This document shows positions 50,186-61,600 of a stretch of DNA of 64,000 nt, piece by piece. The first letter of the stretch is position 1; each line of letters opens with the position of its first letter. The position numbers and the translations under genes were made by a program. The stretch spans positions 3,472,001 through 3,536,000 of the forward strand of contig CATNEN010000033.1 in the NCBI GenBank assembly GCA_950097015.1. Direction: 5' to 3'. Source of the stretch: Macrostomum hystrix. Taxonomy: Eukaryota > Animalia > Platyhelminthes. The notes under the pieces were generated by a model, which ran no database searches, had not been told where the DNA came from, and saw nothing but the letters and a program-made list of their open reading frames with translations.

Positions 50186-50834
50186 ATGGCAGTGGAGAAG
50201 CTAATGGCCAGTTTATTCCTCACAGTTGGTCTGCTGTGGATCGCCACTAGTGGAGACGCAGTCGGTAAGTGAAAGAGCAGCTGCTGCTGTAACTGGCTCT
50301 CATTACTACTGCAACCTTGCTAACGCGCAACTTCACGAACTCCGCAGCCATCAGCGGCCAGAAGTCCTCTGCGCTGACGCGAGGCATCCGCAGCATAATT
50401 GTGACAGATCCGAAGCTGGTGGATCCGGCGCTGACCAGATACACCGACGACTGCCCGAATGGCTACATCGCTTTCAACAAATTCAATACCAGTGAGTTAG
50501 ATTCATGCATTTTCTACTCGGCCGCCAATTCATTACTGCTCAACTTATGGGCCAAATAAGCAGATTAACAACGAACTCAATTGCAGCAACCGGAGTGGTT
50601 GACTGTGCCATCAAGACAGCTGAGATCTGCTTCGCCCTCTGCCTCCTCCTGGAGAGCAGCAACTGGCATCCAAGCAACCCCACCGACATCCTGGACCCCA
50701 GGGAGAAGAATGGCTGGTACTGCAGGGCCCTGCCAGGCACAGCAACGAAGCCGTGCTTCTTCAAGCGGAGAAGGGACATCGAGTGGGATGTGGTGCGGGG
50801 AGACCTGGACTCCATATCCTTGGCGAATAAGTGA
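50186..50834 (+). CDS. Orphan secreted Cys-rich protein of 156 aa; exons 50186-50264, 50348-50491, 50587-50834
   Basis: Exon 1 encodes a signal-peptide-like MAVEKLMASLFLTVGLLWIATSGDA. Strong donors GTAAGT and GTGAGT; exons total 471 nt in one frame. TATA-like CCTATATTAG near 50035 and AATAAA at 51070. Confidence 0.8.
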
Positions 50835-52179
50835 CGCGTCAGGACTGACAGCCGGACAGAGCAGGAAAATCGACAGCGCACAAATCCTCTTTCCAGGAAA
50901 TTATACCTCAAATAGAATCGAATCTCCGCTTTTTAAAAGCACGCAAAGGTTTTTGCGAGCGATACCGTCCTCTCCCCGATCCAGCTTTAGACGAGGAGCT
51001 CAGAACTGTACTGACTGACTGCAGTTGACTGTTTGTGTAAAGTGTGCCGAGGGCAAGCAAGTGCAATAGAATAAATACATAATTCAATGCGCCGCCTTAT
51101 TGCGAAAAACTTGTTGAAAATCGAATAACAATAACAAACAGAATTTTTTTGCTTCTCGGGTCACCTGATTTTTGCCCCAGCTAAAGTCATGAAAGCGATT
51201 GTGCTTGCATGGAGAAGCCACTGTGCAATAGATGTAGAACTTTGGCCCCTCAGTTCCAGATGCATTCCAAGGCCAGACTATGATATTCGAGTGGCACAGA
51301 ACAAAAAGTGCAAGCCATGACTGTCTGGCTGGCTTGAAAGTACAAGCAGTGACAGCACCGCGCAAACGTATTATTGCAGATTGTGAGCTGAAGAAACCAC
51401 CACAACAATGCCACACAGAGACCATATAATCCAGCAAGAAAATATAAGCAACAAGGGAAGGTTAATTGTCTGCTGGCCAGTATGGGAATAAGTGAGAATA
51501 AAAATTGTTTAAAAAACTCGTTATACTACCCTTAAGAGCAGTAGCAAGGCGTGGACAATTTGACCAAATTGAGGATCTCGCGTAGTTCTATGGCTCGCAG
51601 TATTTTAATTTTACATGCCGTTATTAAAAAAAACAATTTGGTATTTTCTAATCTAGAAGAAGTTAAATGTAAATAAAAGAACAACAAAAGGCCTAACAAT
51701 AAAATTCGCTTTCCATTACAGATTTGTTGGCCAATAGCCATCTTGGGCGCAATGGACATGTTTATTTTCAATAAGAGTTTTTTGGCCACAAAAGACGGGG
51801 TGGCTAAATGAATATGCATACGATTTTATATATACTACCACATGTAATAGCTGATGCTTCACTTATCTAAACGCACTGCTGTTTTGTTTTACGTCTTACA
51901 CACATTTCATGTATGACCTTATGTACAATAGACAATGTGTATGTGTGTACAATAGACAGAGAACCATGTCTTATCTTTTTAATGTGCGTTTAATTTACGG
52001 TTACATCAAAAAGTTTGAAATAAATCTGAATTCTGGATACTTGGAAAAGACTAGAAACATGGAACGAGAATTAGCTAGTTAACACACTAGTAGTAAAGTG
52101 ATTTCACCTATAAAATTGTATAGTAACAACTGTTCAGTAACAACGAGTCCCTACACTGCGACGGACAAACAGGATTCAA

Positions 52180-53190
52180 AGGACAGTTAATTTAGTGGCG
52201 TTTACAGGACAGTTGTCGGGATAATCCAGTGGCATTTACAGGACAATTAACGGGATAATCTAGTGGCATTTACAGGACAGTTGTCGGGATAATCCAGTGG
52301 CATTTACAGGACAATTAACGGGATAATCTAGTGGCATTTACAGGACAGTTGTCGGGATAATCTAGTGGCATTTACAGGACAGTTGTCGGGATAATCCAGT
52401 GGCATTTACAGGACAGTTGACGGGATAATCTAGTGGCATTTGCAGGACAGTTCTCGGGATATTCCAGTGGGATTTAAAGGTCAGTTGTCGGGATAATCCA
52501 GTGGGATTCAAAGGTCAGTTGTCGGGATAATCCAGTGGCATTTACAGGACAGTTGACGGTATAATCCAGTGGCATTTACAGGACAGTTAACAGGATAATC
52601 CAGTAACATTTACAGGACAGTTGTCGGGATAATCCAGTGGCATTTACAGGACAGTTGCCGGTATAATCTAGTGGCATTTACAGGACAATTAACGGGATAA
52701 TCTAGTGGCATTTACAGGACAGTTGTCGGGATAATCCAGTGGGATTCAAAGGTTAGTTGACGGGATAATCCAGTGAGATTCAAAGGTCAGTTGTCGGGAT
52801 AATCCAGTGGGATTCAAAGGTTAGTTGACGGGATAATCCAGTGAGATTCAAAGGTCAGTTGTCGGGATAATCCAGTGGAATTTACAGGACAGTTGTCGGG
52901 ATAATCCAGTGGGATTCAAAGGTCAGTTGTCGGGATAATCCAGTGGAATTTACAGGACAGTTGTCGAGATAATCCAGTGGGATTCAAAGGTCAGTTGTCG
53001 GGATAATCTAGTGGCCTTTACAGGACAGTTGTCGGGATAATCCAGTGGGATTCAAAGGACAGTTGACGGGATAATCCAGTGGCATTTACAGGACAGTTGT
53101 CGGGATAATCTAGTGGGATTCAAAGGACAGTTGACGGGATAATCCAGTGGCATTTACAGGACAGTTGTCGGGGTAATCCAGTGGGATTTA
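52180..53190. repeat. 34-bp minisatellite
   Basis: Unit GGGATAATCCAGTGGCATTTACAGGACAGTTGTC with a GGGATTCAAAGGT variant. Confidence 0.96.
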
Positions 53191-53475
53191 CAGTGTTATT
53201 TGGGGGATGAAAGTGGGATTTTTAGGCCATTCTTAGGAGATAACTAAGATAATTTAATCAGCCAGTTGGGTTACTTTAATCAATCAGATATTTCTTAACA
53301 ATTTCACAGGCAAATTTCGAAGATATTTCCGTGTTCAAAATCCGATGCATTTTGTTAATACCGCGTGAACTGATTTGCGTAGCAACTAGAATAATTTTGG
53401 AGCAGAAATATTCCAGCTAACATATCAGAAAGAAGCTGCAACAGACAATTTATTGTCACGCACGGGAGCTAAGAG

Positions 53476-55624
53476 CTAAGATCCCAATTTGATCCTCTTC
53501 CTGGCGCTTGGCCCAGCTGGCGGTACAGCCTGCGCGGCCAGAGCTTTGAAAGCTTCGGCCACCAGGTGTGGCTGTCGCAGGACCATCTGTTCCCAGCCTG
53601 GGGACTCGGTGACGCTGGCAGCGTTGGCCAGGATGAACTGGCGGGCCCGCTGGCGCAGCTGGCTGGCGCAGTGCAGATCGGCCAGCACCAGGCAGTCGCA
53701 GACGTTGTCCACCGTGAGGGAGGCGGACAGAGACTCCTCGCACATCACCTGCGGGCCGGTGAGTTTTGAGTTAATGACTGTTTAAAAATTAAGATGAGAC
53801 ACCACTAGAGTAGTAAGTTAAAGATGAAGAAAAATGAGTTCATAGTTCCCATCACTGCCCGCGGTACGGTGAAGAGCCTGGAAGCTAGAGAATGGATTAG
53901 TGCTGACGAAAGGCTAGTGCTTAGAAATTTAAAATAATTTATAAAACAGAAAAAGACGGTTCGTAAAGACGAAACGAGTGAGAAACGGGAGGCAAGGAAG
54001 TAGATAAAAATAGGGGAGAGAAAGTAGAGTAGAGTAAAGGAGGTAGAGAAGGTAGGAAAGATAGGAGGAAGGAAAGAGGGAAAGAGAAGAAATTCAAGGC
54101 CTAGAATAACACAGAGAGAGGGAGAGGTGGGGATAGAGATGGCAGAAGGGACCAGTCACCGCCTTAGCAGTAGAAAGACCTTTTCCTGCTGGGGATAAGA
54201 CCACGGGGGTTCAAATACCCACAGCCTCCTCACGATAGCTTTCAAACAAAATGACCGACTTTCGTGAAAGTCCTTACTTACTTACTTAATTTTTACATAA
54301 TTGCAGGGGGGCCTGGGGCACTTGACGCACAAGCGCAGCAACGGCATGCCCCCCAGGCCGGCGAACTAGGCGGGAGTCGCCCATCGCGCCATCTAGACCC
54401 CTGAACACAGGCACCTCACACACAGCAGCAAGCCAAGCGGGGAAGGGGATTATAGGGGATTATAGGGGATTATTGCTGGATACAAGATATCCAGCAATAA
54501 AACATGTAAAACCCGTTGAATATCTGGACGATGCCAATGTTTTGTGATTTTGAAAGTTGTTTCATCGGATAGAAGGTGAACATTTTAGCCCGTGTTCTAG
54601 ATTTTTCTGGCCATTGGTTAAAAATGTTGGAAGATACAGAAGAGAAATGTTAATGAGAGTTAGCGGCCGCACACCTTGAGCCTGTCCAGCTGGTATTTGT
54701 CAGCCGCTGACAGCAGGCTGTCGGCCATCTGGTTCAACCTGGGCGCCCGGCCACTGTACACGTAGCGCAGCACCTCCCGCATGGTGTCCTCGTCCACGTC
54801 CTCAACCACAACGCGGCTGGCCCGGCTCTCCTCCATCTGGTGCTGGAACATGGCCAGGAACACCGGCGAGCGGGCGGCCAGCACCGCCTTGTGCGCGGGC
54901 AACTCGGCGCCCTGGACGCAGAGCAGCAGATCCGAGTGCAGGCCGCGCTCCAGCAGCTGGCCGAGGTCGTCCGCCAGGCGGCACTCGGGCAGGCGGATCG
55001 GCTGGGCGCTGGACTGGCCGGCCAAGTTCTCCGTGTCGCCAACCACCGATACCTGCGGCGATACGGCGATGCGATTACGGATTTCAAGTTTACTAGAGAA
55101 TGATTACCCGAACCACATTTTGCTGACGAAAAAATGCAACATAAAAATGTAACAATGCACAGAAAACTCCGACAAAGAACAGAGAACAGAAAATTCTGAC
55201 AGTGAACTGGAAATTCAGTCAATTTACTGAAAATTCTGACAGTGAACTGGAAATTCAGTCAATTTACAGAAAATTCAGTCAATTTACAGAAAATTCAGTC
55301 AATTTACAGAAAATTCAGACAGTGAACTGGAAATTCAGAAATGTACAGAAAATTCAGACAATGTACAGAAAATTCTGACGATCTCCAGAAAAGTCTTACC
55401 AACTATAAAATTCCTGGTAAATGAATGGTAACCAATAAGAAGAAATGTACATCTAGCCCGTATTTGCTTATTAGGATAGTAAAAGAGTCGCATTACCTCG
55501 CAGCGGATGGTTAGCCGGTCCTCAGGCAGCAGTCCGTTGGCTTCGTCCATTAAAAAGTCCCGCCTAATGAACTTCTTGAAGCCCCAATCCTTGCCTTGAA
55601 TGAAGCGGTAGGCTCGCTGGCTCT
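53476..55624 (-). CDS. SPOP: SPOP/roadkill-type MATH-BTB protein, last three exons (55497-55624, 54675-55052, 53476-53748); 5' exons lie beyond the window
   Basis: [95 protein letters not shown] and a C-terminal NLS (RKRIK). AATAAA on minus at 53449-53454. Confidence 0.96.
53830..54290 (+). mobile_element. Decayed, 5'-truncated non-LTR retrotransposon 3' end in the last SPOP intron
   Basis: Broken frame ..DEE..VH...HCPRY..E.. (zinc-knuckle-like), a purine-rich spacer, the shared ~100-bp motif and a (CTTA)n tail. Confidence 0.45.
55190..55385. repeat. ~20-bp minisatellite in a SPOP intron
   Basis: Unit AATTCAGTCAATTTACAGAA. Confidence 0.88.
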
Positions 55625-58600
55625 CTGTACCGGACAAAGAGCGAAAGGTTAACAATTAAAATCGGAAGTTATTTACTATTTGTACTTTTCTATCTAGTAA
55701 TAAGGGATCCGAGTGAGACTGAAATTAAGATTGAGAGAGACTGGGAATGAGATTGAAGAGACTGGAGACTGGAGTTGAGAGAGTGAGACTGTGGTTGACA
55801 GAAAGAGATGGATAGAGAGACTGAGATGGATAGAGAGGCTGAGATGAATAGAGGCTGAGATGGATAGAGGCTGAGATGGATAGAGGCTGAGATGAATAGA
55901 GGCTGAGATGGATAGAGGCTGAGATGGATAGAGGCTGAGATGAATAGAGGCTGAGATGGATAGAGGCTGAGATGGATAGAGGCTGAGATGGATAGAGGCT
56001 GAGATGAATAGAGGCTGAGATGGATAGAGGCTGAGATGGACACAAAGTGGAAGAGTGGGACAAAACGGTATAGGGGACAGAGTGAGACAGAGATAGGGAG
56101 GAGTAGGATGAATGAACTTCTTGAAGCCCCAATCCTTGCCTTGAATGAAGCGGTAGGCTCGCTGGCTCTCTGTACCGGACAAAGAGCGAAAGGTTAACAA
56201 TTAAAATCGGAAGTTATTTACTATTTGTACTTTTCTATCTAGTAATAAGGGATCCGAGTGAGACTGAAATTAAGATTGAGAGAGACTGGGAATGAGATTG
56301 AAAGACTGAGACTGGAGTTGAGAGAGTGAGACTGTGGTTGACAGAAAGAGATGGATAGAGAGACTGAGATGGATAGAGGCTGAGATGGATAGAGAATCTG
56401 AGATAGATAGAGGCTGAGATGGATAGAGAGGCTGAGATGGATAGAGAGGCTGAGATGGATAGAGAGGCTGAGATGAATAGAGGCTGAGATGGATAGAGGC
56501 TGAGATGAATAGAGGCTGAGATGGATAGAGGCTGAGATGGATAGAGGCTGAGATGAATAGAGGCTGAGATGGATAGAGGCTGAGATGGATAGAGGCTGAG
56601 ATGAATAGAGGCTGAGATGGATAGAGGCTGAGATGGACACAAAGTGGAAGAGTGGGACAAAACGGTATAGGGGACAGAGTGAGACAGAGATAGGGAGGAG
56701 TAGGATGAATGAACTTCTTGAAGCCCCAATCCTTGCCTTGAATGAAGCGGTAGGCTCGCTGGCTCTCTGTACCGGACAAAGAGCGAAAGGTTAACAATTA
56801 AAATCGGAAGTTATTTACTATTTGTACTTTCTATCTAGTAATAAGGGATCCGAGTGAGACTGAAATTAAGATTGAGAGAGACTGGGAATGAGATTGAAAG
56901 ACTGAGACTGGAGTTGAGAGAGTGAGACTGTGGTTGACAGAAAGAGATGGATAGAGAGACTGAGATGGATAGAGGCTGAGATGGATAGAGAATCTGAGAT
57001 AGATAGAGGCTGAGATGGATAGAGAGGCTGAGATGGATAGAGAATCTGAGATGGATAGAGGCTGAGATGGATAGAGAATCTGAGATGGATAGAGAATCTG
57101 AGATGGATAGAGAGGCTGAGATGGATAGAGAGGCTGAGATGGATAGAGAGGCTGAGATGAATAGAGGCTGAGATGAATAGAGGCTGAGATGGATAGAGGC
57201 TGAGATGAATAGAGGCTGAGATGGATAGAGGCTGAGATGGATAGAGGCTGAGATGAATAGAGGCTGAGATGGATAGAGGCTGAGATGGATAGAGGCTGAG
57301 ATGAATAGAGGCTGAGATGGATAGAGGCTGAGATGGATAGAGGCTGAGATGAATAGAGGCTGAGATGGATAGAGGCTGAGATGGACACAAAGTGGAAGAG
57401 TGGGACAAAACGGTATAGGGGACAGAGTGAGACAGAGATAGGGAGGAGTAGGATGAATGAACTTCTTGAAGCCCCAATCCTTGCCTTGAATGAAGCGGTA
57501 GGCTCGCTGGCTCTCTGTACCGGACAAAGAGCGAAAGGTTAACAATTAAAATCGGAAGTTATTTACTATTTGTACTTTTCTATCTAGTAATAAGGGATCC
57601 GAGTGAGACTGAAATTAAGATTGAGAGAGACTGGGATTAAAATAGAGTGAGACTGAAATTAAGATTGAGAGAGACTGGGAATGAGATTGAAAGACTGAGA
57701 CTGGAGTTGAGAGAGTGAGACTGTGGTTGACAGAAAGAGATGGATAGAGAGACTGAGATGGATAGAGGCTGAGATGGATAGAGAATCTGAGATAGATAGA
57801 GGCTGAGATGGATAGAGAGGCTGAGATGGATAGAGAATCTGAGATGGATAGAGGCTGAGATGGATAGAGAATCTGAGATGGATAGAGAATCTGAGATGGA
57901 TAGAGGCTGAGATGGATAGAGAGGCTGAGATGGATAGAGAGGCTGAGATGGATAGAGAGGCTGAGATGGATAGAGAGGCTGAGATGGATAGAGAGGCTGA
58001 GATGAATAGAGGCTGAGATGGATAGAGGCTGAGATGGATAGAGAGGCTGAGATGGATAGAGAGACTGAGATGGATAGAGGCTGAGATGGATAGAGGCTGA
58101 GATGGATAGAGAGGCTGAGATGGATAGAGGCTGAGATGGATAGAGAGACTGAGATGGATAGAGGCTGAGATGAATAGAGGCTGAGATAGATAGAGGCTGA
58201 GATGGATAGAGGCTGAGATGGATAGAGGCTGAGATGGATAGAGGCTGAGATGGATAGAGGCTGAGATGAATAGAGGCTGAGATGGATAGAGGCTGAGATG
58301 GATAGAGGCTGAGATGAATAGAGGCTGAGATGGATAGAGGCTGAGATGGACACAAAGTGGAAGAGTGGGACAAAACGGTATAGGGGACAGAGTGAGACAG
58401 AGATAGGGAGGAGTAGGATGAATGAACTTCTTGAAGCCCCAATCCTTGCCTTGAATGAAGCGGTAGGCTCGCTGGCTCTCTGTACCGGACAAAGAGCGAA
58501 AGGTTAACAATTAAAATCGGAAGTTATTTACTATTTGTACTTTCTATCTAGTAATAAGGGATCCGAGTGAGACTGAAATTAAGATTGAGAGAGACTGGGA

Positions 58601-61600
58601 ATGAGATTGAAAGACTGAGACTGGAGTTGAGAGAGTGAGACTGTGGTTGACAGAAAGAGATGGATAGAGAGACTGAGATGGATAGAGGCTGAGATGGATA
58701 GAGAATCTGAGATAGATAGAGGCTGAGATGGATAGAGAGGCTGAGATGGATAGAGAATCTGAGATGGATAGAGGCTGAGATGGATAGAGAATCTGAGATG
58801 GATAGAGAATCTGAGATGGATAGAGAGGCTGAGATGGATAGAGAGGCTGAGATGGATAGAGAGGCTGAGATGAATAGAGGCTGAGATGAATAGAGGCTGA
58901 GATGGATAGAGAGGCTGAGATGAATAGAGGCTGAGATGGATAGAGGCTGAGATGGATAGAGGCTGAGATGAATAGAGGCTGAGATGGATAGAGGCTGAGA
59001 TGGATAGAGGCTGAGATGAATAGAGGCTGAGATGGATAGAGGCTGAGATGGATAGAGGCTGAGATGGATAGAGGCTGAGATGAATAGAGGCTGAGATGGA
59101 TAGAGGCTGAGATGGACACAAAGTGGAAGAGTGGGACAAAACGGTATAGGGGACAGAGTGAGACAGAGATAGGGAGGAGTAGGATGAATGAACTTCTTGA
59201 AGCCCCAATCCTTGCCTTGAATGAAGCGGTAGGCTCGCTGGCTCTCTGTACCGGACAAAGAGCGAAAGGTTAACAATTAAAATCGGAAGTTATTTACTAT
59301 TTGTACTTTCTATCTAGTAATAAGGGATCCGAGTGAGACTGAAATTAAGATTGAGAGAGACTGGGAATGAGATTGAAAGACTGAGACTGGAGTTGAGAGA
59401 GTGAGACTGTGGTTGACAGAAAGAGATGGATAGAGAGACTGAGATGGATAGAGGCTGAGATGGATAGAGAATCTGAGATAGATAGAGGCTGAGATGGATA
59501 GAGAGGCTGAGATGGATAGAGAATCTGAGATGGATAGAGGCTGAGATGGATAGAGAATCTGAGATGGATAGAGAATCTGAGATGGATAGAGAGGCTGAGA
59601 TGGATAGAGAGGCTGAGATGGATAGAGAGGCTGAGATGAATAGAGGCTGAGATGAATAGAGGCTGAGATGGATAGAGGCTGAGATGAATAGAGGCTGAGA
59701 TGGATAGAGGCTGAGATGGATAGAGGCTGAGATGAATAGAGGCTGAGATGGATAGAGGCTGAGATGGATAGAGGCTGAGATGAATAGAGGCTGAGATGGA
59801 TAGAGGCTGAGATGGATAGAGGCTGAGATGAATAGAGGCTGAGATGGATAGAGGCTGAGATGGACACAAAGTGGAAGAGTGGGACAAAACGGTATAGGGG
59901 ACAGAGTGAGACAGAGATAGGGAGGAGTAGGATGAATGAACTTCTTGAAGCCCCAATCCTTGCCTTGAATGAAGCGGTAGGCTCGCTGGCTCTCTGTACC
60001 GGACAAAGAGCGAAAGGTTAACAATTAAAATCGGAAGTTATTTACTATTTGTACTTTTCTATCTAGTAATAAGGGATCCGAGTGAGACTGAAATTAAGAT
60101 TGAGAGAGACTGGGATTAAAATAGAGTGAGACTGAAATTAAGATTGAGAGAGACTGGGAATGAGATTGAAAGACTGAGACTGGAGTTGAGAGAGTGAGAC
60201 TGTGGTTGACAGAAAGAGATGGATAGAGAGACTGAGATGGATAGAGGCTGAGATGGATAGAGAATCTGAGATAGATAGAGGCTGAGATGGATAGAGAGGC
60301 TGAGATGGATAGAGAATCTGAGATGGATAGAGGCTGAGATGGATAGAGAATCTGAGATGGATAGAGAATCTGAGATGGATAGAGAGGCTGAGATGGATAG
60401 AGAGGCTGAGATGGATAGAGAGGCTGAGATGAATAGAGGCTGAGATGAATAGAGGCTGAGATGGATAGAGGCTGAGATGAATAGAGGCTGAGATGGATAG
60501 AGGCTGAGATGGATAGAGGCTGAGATGAATAGAGGCTGAGATGGATAGAGGCTGAGATGGATAGAGGCTGAGATGAATAGAGGCTGAGATGGATAGAGGC
60601 TGAGATGGATAGAGGCTGAGATGAATAGAGGCTGAGATGGATAGAGGCTGAGATGGACACAAAGTGGAAGAGTGGGACAAAACGGTATAGGGGACAGAGT
60701 GAGACAGAGATAGGGAGGAGTAGGATGAATGAACTTCTTGAAGCCCCAATCCTTGCCTTGAATGAAGCGGTAGGCTCGCTGGCTCTCTGTACCGGACAAA
60801 GAGCGAAAGGTTAACAATTAAAATCGGAAGTTATTTACTATTTGTACTTTTCTATCTAGTAATAAGGGATCCGAGTGAGACTGAAATTAAGATTGAGAGA
60901 GACTGGGATTAAAATAGAGTGAGACTGAAATTAAGATTGAGAGAGACTGGGAATGAGATTGAAAGACTGAGACTGGAGTTGAGAGAGTGAGACTGTGGTT
61001 GACAGAAAGAGATGGATAGAGAGACTGAGATGGATAGAGGCTGAGATGGATAGAGAATCTGAGATAGATAGAGGCTGAGATGGATAGAGAGGCTGAGATG
61101 GATAGAGAATCTGAGATGGATAGAGGCTGAGATGGATAGAGAATCTGAGATGGATAGAGAATCTGAGATGGATAGAGGCTGAGATGGATAGAGAGGCTGA
61201 GATGGATAGAGAGGCTGAGATGGATAGAGAGGCTGAGATGGATAGAGAGGCTGAGATGGATAGAGAGGCTGAGATGAATAGAGGCTGAGATGGATAGAGG
61301 CTGAGATGGATAGAGAGGCTGAGATGGATAGAGAGACTGAGATGGATAGAGGCTGAGATGGATAGAGGCTGAGATGGATAGAGAGGCTGAGATGGATAGA
61401 GGCTGAGATGGATAGAGAGACTGAGATGGATAGAGGCTGAGATGAATAGAGGCTGAGATAGATAGAGGCTGAGATGGATAGAGGCTGAGATGGATAGAGG
61501 CTGAGATGGATAGAGGCTGAGATGGATAGAGGCTGAGATGAATAGAGGCTGAGATGGATAGAGGCTGAGATGGATAGAGGCTGAGATGAATAGAGGCTGA

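Noticed and set aside
54310-54370. Helitron 3' end (GGCCTGGGG/CCCCAGGCC hairpin followed by CTAG)
   Set aside because: The loop is too long, CTAG is not followed by T, and no matching 5' TC end or second copy was seen.
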